Origin: Eledone cirrhosa
Lineage: Eukaryota
Assembly (NCBI GenBank): GCA_964016885.1
Contig: OZ024744.1
Span: 73,532,001-73,596,000, forward strand
DNA: 64,000 nt
Reading direction: 5' to 3'
This document shows, one piece after another, positions 30,430 through 44,818 of this stretch (its first letter is position 1; every line of letters starts with the position of its first letter). The notes beneath the pieces were generated by a model, which was not told the origin of the DNA, made no database searches, and worked only from the letters and a program-made list of their open reading frames with translations. The position numbers were made by a program, and so were the translations under genes.

Positions 30430-30915
30430 AAAATTAAAATAAAAGATTAAACTTTAAGCAAAGAATCGCTGCTTTCACCCTTAACGGGATCTTCTGATAT
30501 ATATTTATCCTTATCGAGCCCTCTTTGGATTTTAGTCTTCACATTTATTATTATTACTATATATATATATACATACATGCATACATATATATAAATAAAT
30601 AAAAAATATATATATATTTATTTATTTATTTATTTATATATAATATGCATGTATGTATGTATATATAGTAATAATTTATTATTATTACTATATATACATA
30701 CATACATGCATGTATGTATATATAGTAATAATTTATTATTATTACTATATATACATACATACATGCATACATATATATAAATAAATATATATATATCTAT
30801 ATTTATATTTTTATTTATATATATGTATGCATGTATGTATGTATATATATATATAGTAATAATAATAAATGTGAAGACTAAAATCCAAAGAGGGCTCGAT
30901 AAGGATAAATATATA
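30430..30915. mobile_element. Family C fold-back element (other copies 44875-45052 and 46008-46127; deleted tandem remnants 40737-40990)
   Basis: Shared AATGTGAAGACTAAAATCCAAAGAGGGCTCGATAAGG and GAAAGCAGCGATTCTTTGCTTAAA. Inverted arms at ~30500-30620 and ~30775-30915. Confidence 0.75.
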
Positions 30916-30939
30916 GCAGCGTGTATGTGTATGTATATG

Positions 30940-31835
<896 letters not shown>

Positions 31836-31884
31836 CATATATATATATATTATACACACACATATATATATATATATATATTTA

Positions 31885-31920
<36 letters not shown>

Positions 31921-32184
31921 CGTATGTGTATATATATATATGTATATATAAATTATTTATATATATTTATGCATGTATGCATGTATATATATATATGTAC
32001 ATATATATGCATGGATTGATAGATGTTTGTATGTATGCATGTATGTATATATGTATATATGTATGTATGTATGTATGCCTATATGCATGTATGTATGTAC
32101 ATATGTATGTATTTATGTATATGTGTATGCGTGTATGTATGTATGAATATATGTATGTATCTATGCGTGTAAGCATGTTTATGC

Positions 32185-32724
32185 CCGGCTGTTCTTCAGC
32201 GGTACTGGTAACATGTTACCCAGTACAACCTGTACATAGTCGGGCCGTCGTTGACTAAACCGGCAACACCAGCAAGCTTGCTTGATGATGAAGGTGATTT
32301 TGGACAACCAGCTGGATGAAAAAGAAATAAATTGAAAGGGTGGAAGAACTCAGGAATGTCAACGGTCATTCGATAACATTTTTAATTTTTAATTTTTATT
32401 TTTTTATATTCGCTTTTTTTGTTGCGGAGAAGGTCACGTTGATATAAAACCTGCGACTTCTTTTGCATTCAATGAGGAAAACCAGTTCTACTTTTTGGTT
32501 AAATGCATTCGATGTACAGAGAGTGGGATTGGCCCCGTGCAAAACCTTTAATTACTTAAAAAAGCTTCCAGCACAGGCGTCGCTTGATATGTGACATTCT
32601 TTTGCGATACACGGTATTGTTGGCGATAGGCAAGTCCCTAGCAGCACTAAAACGCCACATTCGTGATGCTCGTGCTTAAGTATCAAGCGATGGTATTACA
32701 CAAAATCGAGTTGCAGCCATCATC
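32185..32724 (+). mobile_element. Diverged family F-related non-autonomous RTE derivative
   Basis: Shares GGTAACATGT.ACCCAGTA, GACTAAACCGGCAAC and CAGAGAGTGGGATTGG with 57125-57725 (-). Confidence 0.65.
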
Positions 32725-32770
32725 TATGTATATATGTATGTATGTATGTTTGTATGTATGTATGTATGTA

Positions 32771-33748
32771 TTTTCTCTTTCTCTTAATTTGGAGTATCTT
32801 TTTGAGCGGCCACCTTCCTGGTGGCAATGTTGTAAAAGAAAAGAAATTGTCATCCCTTGAATCGCAAGAATGTTTTGCAAATTTTGAAAGTGCCAGCTAT
32901 CGCAGCCATTTGTAGACTATGAATTAGGGAGCTGCGCTTTTTGTCCGCAAATCCAAGTTCAGTCATACTTTGGTACAAGCGGGTTGGTATATAACCCGTA
33001 GCACCAATAATGATGGGTATGAAGCTAAAGGTGTATCTTGGATACTGGATTTGTAAACTCCTCATCAATGGTCCGTAGATGTCCTCCTTCTCCTGTATTT
33101 TTCTATGTATGTATGTTTGTATGTATGTATGTATGTATGTATTTTCTCTTTCTCTTAATTTCGAGTATATTTTTGAGCGGCCACCTTCCTGGTGGCAAGG
33201 TTGTAAAAGAAAAGAAATTGTCATCTCTTGAATCGCAAGAATGTTTTGCAAATTTTGAAGGTGCCAGCTATCGCAGCCATTTGTAGACTATGAATTAGGG
33301 AGCTGCGCTTTTTGTCCGCAAATCCAAGTTCAGTCATACTTTGGTACAAGCGGGTTGGTATATAACCCGTAGCACCAATAATGATGGGTATGAAGCTAAA
33401 GGTGTATCTTGGATACTGGATTTGTAAACTCCTCGTCAATGGTCCGTAGATGTCCTCCTTCTCCTGTATTTTTCTATGTATGTATGTTTGTATGTATGTA
33501 TGTATGTATGTATTTTCTCTTTCTCTTAATTTCGAGTATATTTTTGAGCGGCCACCTTCCTGGTGGCAAGGTTGTAAAAGAAAAGAAATTGTCATCTCTT
33601 GAATCGCAAGAATGTTTTGCAAATTTTGAAGGTGTCAGCTATCGCAGCCATTTGTAGACTAAGAATTAGGGAGCTGCGCTCTTTGTTCGCAAATCCAAGT
33701 TCGGTTATACATTGGTCCCAGCGGGTTGGTATATAACCCGTAGCTCCA
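32771..33748 (-). mobile_element. Three tandem 3' ends (371-bp period) of an RLE-type (R4/Dong-like) non-LTR retrotransposon in (TACA)n
   Basis: Peptide EKEDIYGPL..FIPIIIGATG..LQMAAIAGTFKICKTFL resembles the R4-clade RLE C-terminus. Units start at 32771, 33142 and 33513. Confidence 0.75.
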
Positions 33749-33904
33749 TATGTATGTATGTACGTATGTATATATGTATGTATGTACGTATGTATGTCTG
33801 TCTGTATGTATATATGTATGCATGTATGTAGGGACGTACGTATGTATGTATATATGTACGCATGAATGTATTTGTGCATATATGTACGTATGTATGTATG
33901 TATT

Positions 33905-34165
33905 TGTGCAGTGCCTCTGCTCACTATAAAAGCTTCACTGCACAGGCATTGCTTTATATCTGGAGATCTCTCTGCACTTGTCATCACATGGTACCATGGA
34001 CCCAACACTATGTGTCAATAATTGTCACAAGTGTGGTGTTTGTACCAGAGTTTTCAAGTCGCTGGCTGGACTAAAAAGTCACACTCGTTCAGCGCATCGG
34101 TAGGGGTTCTCCTACATGGATATAAAGTAGTGGCCGTACTCGAAAACGAGTTGGCAGCCACCATG
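33905..34165 (+). mobile_element. RTE-type LINE 3' end with terminal C2H2 finger
   Basis: CGVCTRVFKSLAGLKSHTRSAHR* (34032-34103), then stem-loop ACTCG-AAAA-CGAGT and a (TATG)n tail. Confidence 0.7.
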
Positions 34166-34616
34166 TATGTATGTAGATTATATGCTCGTAACTCCTAATG
34201 GAGTTATACGTCCACCGTAGTGACATACAGCATTCCTTTGGTGTTTTACTAAATCTGGTGGAGCCCAAATCGTTTCCATGTCCAAACACAACCGATTTCT
34301 TCAAAAGAAGTAGAGAGAGAGTAAGAGAAAGTAAGCAAATATATATTTACAGGAAGAATTGAGGGTAATATATTTTATTGGCATTAAATGGATCTAAGAC
34401 ATATATACCTCGGTGGGATTTGAACTCAGAGGGCAGAAAGCCGTAACAAATAATGTAAAGCTTTCAATCCGACGACTTTCTAACGCCACCATAATAGGTG
34501 TGTGTGTGTGTGGGTGTCAATATATATATATATATATATATATACTATCCAGCGAATCTTCGGACCGTTAAGGTGTGATTTCCATGGGTATGTCATTGTT
34601 TATAAAGCAAATTTTG

Positions 34617-34681
34617 TATTTTATCTGATGAAAGCGCACCAATAATTGTTTGGTCGCCCTTGAAATATATATAATAAAGTA
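34617..34681 (+). ncRNA. Minimal type-I hammerhead ribozyme (family A)
   Basis: TATTTTAT CTGATGA AAG..ACCAA..TTGGT..CTT GAAA TATATA TA ATAAAGTA. Confidence 0.85.
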
Positions 34682-35448
34682 AATATGGTTTTATAAATAT
34701 AGTTTCCATTTATTATTGTCTTGGTATATATATATATATATTTATATATTTATGAGTGTGTGTGTTTATATATATATATGTGTGTGCGTGAGTGTGTGCG
34801 TGCGGGGGGGGGGGGGTTAGATATAAATATATATATATATTTATGAGTGTGCGTGTGTGTGTGTGTGTATTTAAGTACGTGTGTGTGTGTGTTTGTGTAT
34901 GAGTGAGTGTCTGTGTGTGTGTGTTTGTGTGTGAGTGAGTGTCTGTGTGTGTGTGTGAGTGAGTGTATATATTTAAGTACGTGTGTGTGTGTGTTTGTGT
35001 ATGAGTGAGTGTTTGTGTGTGTTTGTGTTTGTGTATGAGTGAGTGTTTGTGTGTGTGTGCGTACGCATACATAATGATATAAACGGTGTCAATTATTAAT
35101 TATATATTGTGTATTATATCTCAGATATTTTACAATTACGGCTTAAGATAAAAAAGCGATAGGTTACCTTCTATTTCTTAAGCTCTACTAGTAAATATGT
35201 CATGTATATATATATGTATTTACGTATGTGTGTGTAGGCTCTGGTATAATTTTCGCTTGCACTGTATACGTATAAAAATACACACAGACACACACATATA
35301 TATGTACACACACATATACATATATATATATATGTTTATATATATATGTGTATAAGTCGGCAGATTTTCAATCAACCAACTTTCTTCCATTGAATATATT
35401 TATATATATACATATATATATATATATATTGGCGCGCCCGACAGACTG

Positions 35449-35480
<32 letters not shown>

Positions 35481-35485
<5 letters not shown>

Positions 35486-35912
35486 ATATTAAATAAATGG
35501 AAACTATATTTATAAAACCATATTTATTCTATTATATATATTTCAAGGGTACCAAAAATCTTTGGTACGCTTTCATCAGATAAAATACAAAGAGTGTTTT
35601 ATAAATTTTGCCTTAGTCAAGGAAACATACCTTATCAGTTGAATTTTCCTTGGGTAGCTCAATTCAACTGATAAGGTATGTTTCCTTGGCTATGTCAACA
35701 TTTATAAAACACTCTATATTTTATCTGATGAAAACGTATCAAAGTGTTTGCGACCCTTGAAATATATATAATGGAATAAATATGGTTTTATAAATATAGT
35801 TTCCATTTATTTAATATCATTGAATATTTACTCCAGAAACTTGTCGAGTGCTCTGAATCAGTTATAAACATTTATATTTGTTGTATTTCCAACAAATTAA
35901 ATATCCCTTCTA

Positions 35913-35914
<2 letters not shown>
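35481..35914 (+). mobile_element. Family A fold-back with two opposed hammerheads (35525-35587 -, 35717-35778 +) and ~90-nt tail
   Basis: Arms at 35481-35645 and 35661-35821, both with CTGATGA..GAAATATATATA. Flanked by (TA)n. Confidence 0.88.
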
Positions 35915-35972
<58 letters not shown>

Positions 35973-36130
35973 TGAAGAAAGTTGGTTGATTGAAAATCTG
36001 CCGACTTTTTCTTAACAGATGTGACGGACTCCACGGTTTTTTAATCATCCGTGGTTTTATTATAATAATAAACAAGAAAGACGGTTTTATTCATACATCT
36101 CTCGAATAAAACTGTTTTTCTTCATTATTA

Positions 36131-36304
36131 TGGCAGTATCGGTAGAGGATCGGACGCCATGCTTTCCAGCATAGTTACGTCCCTTTACGATCTGAGTTCA
36201 AATCCCGCCGAGGTTGACTTTGCCTTTCATCCTTACGGGGTCGATAAAATAAAGTACCAGTAATACACTGAGTAATTGCTGGCTTTGTGCCAAAAGTAGA
36301 AACA

Positions 36305-36346
<42 letters not shown>
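36131..36346 (+). mobile_element. tRNA-derived Meta-core SINE (other copies ~34408-34490, 40362-40530, 42689-42815, 46694-46878, 50021-50139, 52585-52652, 53464-53570, 58548-58642, 62740-62930)
   Basis: A box TGGCAGTATCGG, B box GAGTTCAAATCC, conserved core and (ATT)n tail. Confidence 0.9.
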
Positions 36347-36347
<1 letters not shown>

Positions 36348-36412
36348 GTAGTAGTAGTAGTAGTAGTAGTAGTAGAAGTAGTAGTAGAAGTAGTAGTAGT
36401 AGTAGTAGTAGT

Positions 36413-36527
<115 letters not shown>

Positions 36528-36579
36528 TAAGTATGTATATATATATATATATATGCCGCGTATATGTATATGTAATATG

Positions 36580-36611
<32 letters not shown>

Positions 36612-36679
36612 CATATTACATATACATATAAGCGGCACCATTACAGGTACAGCTTCAGAGAGAAAAATGGAAGGTGTCT

Positions 36680-37165
36680 ATCTATTATTTTTATTAGGAA
36701 TGGAAATCAGATTTGCGAAGACTGATACATACGTCTTCATAATCCAACATTCGCAGTGTACTCTTCATCTGAGTGGATTTCCATTAAAGCAGGTGGAGAA
36801 GTTCAAGTAACTTGGGGCTCTTTGAGGGATGCAAAGCACGAGGCTGAATTAAATGTGGTTCATCCAAACGGCCTTTAGCGTAACCTTACTCGATAGAATC
36901 TGTAGTTCGCAGATCAGAGATGCACTTCAGGTAGTGGCCGCAAATTCTCCGAATTAAGAGACCACAGCTCCGATACTATAAACATGTGGTTAGAAGGTCT
37001 CAGGAAAAATCACTGTAGATATTTTATGAACAGGAGACTCAGGTGTAGACTCCGAGCAACTTGGTTGGATAACATCCATCAGCTCGGTTGGTCACACTTG
37101 GGGATCTAGCTGTATCAACAGAAGACAGCTGCTTCTGATAGGATCCTCAGAAAGGCGTATCTGAG
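36680..37165 (+). mobile_element. Old RTE LINE RT 3' fragment
   Basis: LKQVEKFK*LG; TLLDRICSSQIRDALQV; LRIKRPQLRYYKHVVR. Confidence 0.7.
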
Positions 37166-37258
37166 ATATCGCCCCCCCCCCCCTTCTCAACACACTTAGA
37201 AATATGTGGGTGAAAAAGAAGAAAGAGATATTCTCTGTGTGTATACATAAATACATAC

Positions 37259-37342
<84 letters not shown>

Positions 37343-37570
37343 AATTGTTTAACCCCGACGGCAGAGCTCAAGCCGTTTCAACGCGTATTTCTAATCCAGA
37401 AATAGCCGTCGAAAAGGTATATATTGAGTTAAAGGTATATATATGTAGTTAGTATTATTTTCACCTTAGCGAATCTCGTCCCTTGCGATTTGAACACATA
37501 TATGTATATATCTGTGTTCGTTTTTCTTTTATATTCAATTATAATATGTAAATATATATGTATATATGTA

Positions 37571-37662
<92 letters not shown>

Positions 37663-37752
37663 TAGGCATTATATGTGTCTTTGTACTTTACTCAATATCT
37701 TCATATATATATGTGTTTGGTGTATTGAAATATATATATATATATATGTGCG

Positions 37753-37788
<36 letters not shown>

Positions 37789-37828
37789 TAAATATACACG
37801 GATGTGTATGATTGTGTATAGAAGATTA

Positions 37829-38208
37829 TATTAATAAAAGAAATTCCAACTTTGTCTGATTTACTCGTTTTATTTACAATCCTTTAAAATTTATAATGGT
37901 ATTAGAATGAAATGGTATGGTAGAATATTAAATGTTAAGTGTTAATTGAACAAGTACTTTCATGATTTCGCAATCTTCAGGTTCATATTCTGTGGTGACA
38001 GTCAAGTTTGCAATTTTCAACTGTTAAAAATTGCAAACTTGACTGTCACCAAACATTATAAACCTGAAGATTGCGAAAGCATGAAAGTACTTGTTCAATT
38101 AACACTTAACATTTAATATTCTACCATACCATTTCATTCTAATACCATTATAAATTTTAAAGGATTGTAATAAAACGAGTAAATCAGACAAAGTTGGAAT
38201 TCCTTTCA

Positions 38209-38215
<7 letters not shown>
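37829..38215. mobile_element. Near-perfect ~190-bp-arm palindrome with opposed hammerheads (37947-37985 -, 38059-38097 +)
   Basis: TRAAC CTGAAGA TTGC-GAAA-KCAT GAAA GTAC TT GTTCA in both arms. Confidence 0.85.
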
Positions 38216-38296
<81 letters not shown>

Positions 38297-38561
38297 TGCT
38301 TATATATATATATATATACATACACACACAGAGACACTCACAGACACACACACACAGACACATCATCACACACAAACACACGCACCCCCATCCATATATA
38401 TATATATATATATATACATATAAATATATATCATATAGTATATGGTATATATATAAATGTGTGTGTGTGTGTGTGTATGTATGTGTATGTATATGTGTGT
38501 GTGTATATATATATATATATGTGTGTGTGTGTATATGTATATATATATATATGTGTGTGTG

Positions 38562-38618
<57 letters not shown>

Positions 38619-39008
38619 ATGAGTGTGTGTCTAAATATATAAGTAAACAGAAATAATAAACCACAAACCAAACGACACAGTACACACACAGTACACACAG
38701 TACACACAGTACACACACGCAACAAAGATTATCAGTAGCTTGTTAGTGTCTGTGTGTTCGTCATCGAAAATTCCTGTTTCAAAGATTATTCAGCCTGCTT
38801 GACTCACTGTGTGAGCCCTTGCTTGAGTGCGTGTGTACGTATGTACGTGATGATCTGTTGTATATGTGTGTGTAACTCAGTTATGTGTATGTATGTGTAG
38901 TCTCCAATGTGTTTAATGATTTTCCCTCTACAGTCACCCACAGAGTGAGGTTTGTCTATGTGTGTGTGTGGACGCATAATATTGATATATGCATATATAT
39001 ACAGGACC

Positions 39009-39112
<104 letters not shown>

Positions 39113-39264
39113 CGAAGGTGTTGTGGCAAGGAACCAGATGGCCCATAACGCACCAGAGTACTCAATACTTAGGGTAGTAGAGTGCATAATAGGAGAGAGT
39201 ATGGACCCGACGGCAGAGCTCAAGCCGTTTCGACGGCTATTTCTGAACTATATATATATAAATT

Positions 39265-39340
<76 letters not shown>

Positions 39341-39539
39341 CAATATTATACTCCAGAAGAAAAACTGTTGAGTGCATCTAATCTGTTATGAATTAACTTT
39401 GTTGAATAATAAACGAATTAAATAACTCATTATTTATGTATGTATATATATATTTATTTATATAATTTATATATATATAATTTATATATATAAATATATA
39501 TGTATAATATATATATATGTGTGTGTGTGTATAATATAA

Positions 39540-39587
<48 letters not shown>

Positions 39588-39593
<6 letters not shown>

Positions 39594-40212
39594 AAGTTTG
39601 TCCTCATCAGTGGCCATCCAACCGTCGTAGGCATTTCGTCGCATTAAAGGCCATATACCTCAGGTTGGTGCGTGCAACGGCTAAAAAAAGTCGTTGGTAC
39701 ACGTAAATAAAGGGGACGCTAGGGTAAACAAACAAAATGGTTTAAGCAGCAGAAAGAGAGGAAGAAGGAAACAAGTCCCAGATTTCTATGAATATAAATT
39801 CGGTGGAATCGTGAACGAGAGAATAAAGACCATTAAACCTGGTTGAAATGTGAGCAAGGAAGGAATTTCGCACAGGTCTAACGGGAGGAAGAAGGGGTCT
39901 GGTCTGCGAATTCGGTAAACATAAGTTCTGTGAAGTCGCAGACGAGAGAGAGATTCCACCGAATTTATATTCATAGAAATCTGGGACTTGTTTCCTTCTT
40001 CCTCTCTTTCTGCTGCTTAAACCATTTTGTTTGTTTAACCTAGCGTCCCCTTTATTTACGTGTCCCAACGACTTTTTTTAGCCGTTGCTCGCACCAACCT
40101 GAGGTATATGGCCTTTAATGCGACGAAATGCCTACGACGGTTGGATGGCCACTGATGAGGACAAACTTTTTCATATGTAACCCATTTGCAGCGCCGCAGC
40201 TCCAATATTATC
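39588..40212 (+). mobile_element. Young fold-back element: ~222-bp arms, ~140-bp spacer, ~36-nt tail
   Basis: 39588-39810 and 39952-40175 are near-identical inverted copies. Flanked by (TA)n. Confidence 0.85.
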
Positions 40213-40581
40213 ATATATATATATAAATAAAAATAGACCGAGAAAAGTCCGTCATCAGTAGTCTGCTGATTCTCATTGGAATTTATTCGCATTAAAGTCT
40301 AGATACCTAAAATCAGTGCGAGCGATAACTAAATTAAGTTATAGAGACAGAGGAAAGTGAACAAAGGCCAGCAATTACCCAGTACATTGCTGGTACTTTA
40401 TTTTATCGACCCCGTAAGGATGAAAGGCAAATTTAACCTCGACGGGATTTGAACTCAGACCGTAAAGTGACGTAACTATGCTAGAAAGCATGGCGTCCAA
40501 CCCTATACCGATACTACCAATTCACCGCCCTTGTATATATATATATATATGTATATATATATGAATATATATATGTATATA

Positions 40582-40740
<159 letters not shown>

Positions 40741-40981
40741 ATAATAATAAACTTTGCTTAAACTTTAATAATTTATTTTAATAAATAAATATATATATAT
40801 ATATGTATATATATATATGTATATATATATACACATATATATATATAGTAATAATAATAAACTTTGCTTAAACTTTGATCATTTATTTTAATAAATAAAT
40901 AAATATATATATATATATATATATAGTAATAATAATAAACTTTGCGTAAACTTTAATCTGTTACTTTATTTTAATAAATAA

Positions 40982-41034
<53 letters not shown>

Positions 41035-41303
41035 AATAATAAATATAATTCTGTGTAGCTAATAAAGAAATATATCTATGTGTTATCTATATCTCTCTCT
41101 AATAAAACTCCGTATCACTTTATATCTAAGTATATATATATTTATTTACCTATATGTATATATATATATATATGCATACATATTTTATATATATATTTAT
41201 ATATATATATGCATACATATTTTATATATATATATATATGTATACATACTTTAAATATATATATATATGCTTACATATTTTATATATATATATATATGCT
41301 TAC

Positions 41304-41412
<109 letters not shown>

Positions 41413-41552
41413 CGAAGGAAGTGTGGTAGGAACCAGATGGACCATAACGCTCTAGAGTACACAATACTTAGGGTAGTAGAGTGGGTAATAGGAAAATGTT
41501 TATCTCCTACGGCAGAGCTCAAGCCATTTCGATGGCGATTTCTGGATTTCCT

Positions 41553-41670
<118 letters not shown>

Positions 41671-41694
41671 GTATATATATAAATATATATATAA

Positions 41695-41787
<93 letters not shown>

Positions 41788-41792
<5 letters not shown>

Positions 41793-42090
41793 CTTGATAA
41801 TTTGTATAATTTTGTATAATTTTGTACATAGATCATAGATCTGTTAAATATGCATACCAATTATAACACATATATGCCCTAGAAACGATCGTTAAATAGT
41901 GAACTTTTTTTGTTTAATATAAGGAATTGTTTGTTCATTATTTGTTTAATATTTTATCTTGACTCTGTATACCGTTTATCTTTCACCGAAAGTGGATTTT
42001 CATTACATCTCTTCTTTCCATGATATCCGGAATACATTGAGTTCTTCATACGGATTGGACACTACCGTAAACTCTTGGTAGATTTATCTA
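41788..42090. repeat. Interspersed repeat between (TA)n tracts; reverse copy at 63300-63603
   Basis: Shared GAAACGATCGTTAAATA and CATACGGATTGGACACTACCGTAAACTCTTGGTAGATTTATCTACA. Confidence 0.8.
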
Positions 42091-42091
42091 C

Positions 42092-42166
<75 letters not shown>

Positions 42167-42240
42167 GAGATAGAGAAATAGGAAAATAAAGAGATAGCTC
42201 GCTAGATAGATAGATGCACTTATTGATAGATAGATAGATA

Positions 42241-42617
42241 TATTTCTTTATTAGCCACAGGGGCACAAAAGAAGGGGACAAATACAAAGGGGGAAGTTTA
42301 CATACAATAAAAACGTGTAAAATGTTATCACAGATGGAATTTAAAAGTTAGTCGATTTTCCCCAATAGAGGGAGACAGTTTATATGGGTAACACATACCC
42401 CCGAAAAAATGTGCAACCCTCATCTCCAGGAGTACGAAGAGCTTGTACTCCTTTCCTCTCCTCCTCCTTTTCCTCAATCTACAGGCTGATATAGAGAGAA
42501 GGCCCATTCACTCGGGCCATTCTCGCCACTTTCACCCACCTTTCATAAAACTTGCTGCGGTACAGCACCTCTCTCTCCATCCTGATTCTTCTTCCAAAGT
42601 GGTATTTGAAAAAAAGA
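42241..42617 (-). mobile_element. Short 3' fragment of a Tx1-like LINE inserted in (GATA)n
   Basis: RRIRMEREVLY..FYERWVKVARMARVNGPSLYISL*, the same 3' UTR as the 59177-61632 copy, and GATA tracts on both sides. Confidence 0.88.
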
Positions 42618-42620
42618 ATT

Positions 42621-42664
<44 letters not shown>

Positions 42665-43183
42665 GAGGGATGTGAGTATCAGATTAAAAATAATTGTTTC
42701 TTCTTTTGGCACAAGGCCAGCAAATCACCAGTGTATTACCGGTACTTTATTTATCGACCCTGTAAGGATGAAAGGCAAAGTTAACCTCGGCGGAATTTGA
42801 ACTCAGACCATAAAGGTACTTGGCCGCCACCCATAAGCAGTGTGGGTGTGCAAATACACGGTAAATTACATCAGTATTTCCTGAGTACCAAAGTCACTCA
42901 TGGAAGCATAGACAGACTATGCATTGCTGAAGTGAAGTGTGGCCCTTCGGAACTGGAAGATCACAATGTTTATATATATATATATATAAATATAGGAAAA
43001 AGTATGACCCCGACGGCAGAGCTCAAGCCGTTTCGACGGCTATTTCAGTCCAGAAATAGCCGTCGAAACGGCTTGAACTCTGCCGTCGGGGTCATACTTG
43101 TTCCTATTACCCACTCTACTACCCTAAGTTTTGAGTACTCTGGTGCGTTATGGTCCATCTGGTTCCTTACCACAATTCCTTTG

Positions 43184-43231
<48 letters not shown>

Positions 43232-43237
43232 CTTTGT

Positions 43238-43284
<47 letters not shown>

Positions 43285-43429
43285 CAAAGGGATTGTTGTA
43301 AGGAATTGTGGTAAGGAACCAGATGGACCATAACGCACCAGAGTACTCAATACTTAGGGTAGTAGAGTGGGTAATAGGAACAAGTAGGACCCCGACGGCA
43401 GAGTTCAAGCCGTTGGGGTCATACTTTTT

Positions 43430-43474
<45 letters not shown>

Positions 43475-43520
43475 GTACATGCACACGCCACAAACATATA
43501 CATACACATTACGCGCGCGC

Positions 43521-43552
<32 letters not shown>

Positions 43553-43571
43553 ATATATGTATACATATGTA

Positions 43572-43602
<31 letters not shown>

Positions 43603-43612
43603 AAAAACATAT

Positions 43613-43654
<42 letters not shown>

Positions 43655-43657
<3 letters not shown>

Positions 43658-44020
43658 AAGAAAAAGATATCAAATCGAAAATGCAACTGGAGTCTTATTT
43701 AAAAAAAAAATATATGTATTTATTTGGTTCCTTTACCGGTTTCGCAGTTCTTCTGCTTTTGAAAAGGTGAGTTGAGATGGAGGGTCTGTGGTTTTTCTCA
43801 CATCTGGTTGGTCTCCGAATGTTACTTGTTTTATATGGAAAAAGTGGCTCGAAATGCCAGGTTTTTCGAGAAGTAATTTGATTGGTTTGTCAATAATTAA
43901 TTTAAAAAAAAAAATAAGACTCCAGTTGCATTTTCGATTTGATATCTTTTTCTTTATACTTTCACTCGTGTAGGACACCTCGGTTATTTTTCATTTTGTA
44001 AAAAAAAACCTCACTTTCTA
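43655..44020 (+). mobile_element. Fold-back derivative of a Penelope pLTR related to the 23-29 kb element
   Basis: Arms at 43655-43710 and 43902-43955. The spacer resembles 23300-23470; tail ACTCGTGTAGGACACCTC resembles ACTCGTGTGTTACACCTC at 29152. Confidence 0.7.
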
Positions 44021-44361
44021 ATATATATATATATATATGAGAATGTATTTATTATAAGTACAGATTAAAATTTATATGAAAATGTATTAAGTTCATGTTA
44101 GTTCGTTCTTCCTTTTAAATGCACACAAATTGTGAATCTGTTACGCGTGTTCCGCAGATGATCGGCTCAATATCCCTTATGGAAGTTATGGACTCCACTC
44201 TAGAATCGATCTGCATATCAGACTGGTGATTCAACAAAAAATACATTATTTGCGTTGATGGACACAATATTTTGGTATATATAGACATCGGCCCTATTTT
44301 TTAGCGTGTATGCCAGCGTATGTAAGCGTTTGAATACTTACGTGTACCCACTCATGTGTGT

Positions 44362-44405
<44 letters not shown>

Positions 44406-44427
44406 ATGTATATATATATATATATGC

Positions 44428-44818
44428 AAAAGTTCTATTTAAAATTGTTGGGATACAACAAGTAAATATTTTTATAACTGATATAAAGCACTCGACAAAT
44501 ATTTGGAGTAGATATACGATATTAATAAATGGAAACTATATTTATAAAACCATATTTATTTCATTATACATATTTCAGGGATACCAAATTAAATTATGGT
44601 ATGCCTTCATCAGACAAAATACAATATTATTTTGGGAAGATGGCTTCCAAAAATAATGGTTGCATTTTAAAAGGGTACGTCAAATCTTATTTGTAAAACT
44701 GTTATATATATTGTATTTTGTCTGATGAAGGCATACCATAATTTAATTTGGTATCCCTGAAATATGTATAATGAAATAAATATGGTTTTATAAATATAGT
44801 TTCCATTTATTAATATCG

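Noticed and set aside
34023-34103. Host C2H2 zinc-finger gene
   Set aside because: It is a single finger with no TGEKP linker, followed by a stop, a LINE-type stem-loop and a repeat tail.
36131-36215. tRNA gene
   Set aside because: The A/B boxes belong to a multicopy SINE head that continues into a core and tail.
39588-40175. Fold-backs as DNA-transposon MITEs with TA target duplications
   Set aside because: The inverted repeats are not terminal because one arm has an extra tail, arm lengths vary between copies in several families, and related families carry hammerheads. This fits Penelope-type copying better.
41880-41900. GAAA-CGATCG-TT as a hammerhead 3' half
   Set aside because: Neither copy has a recognisable CTGANGA or stem II.
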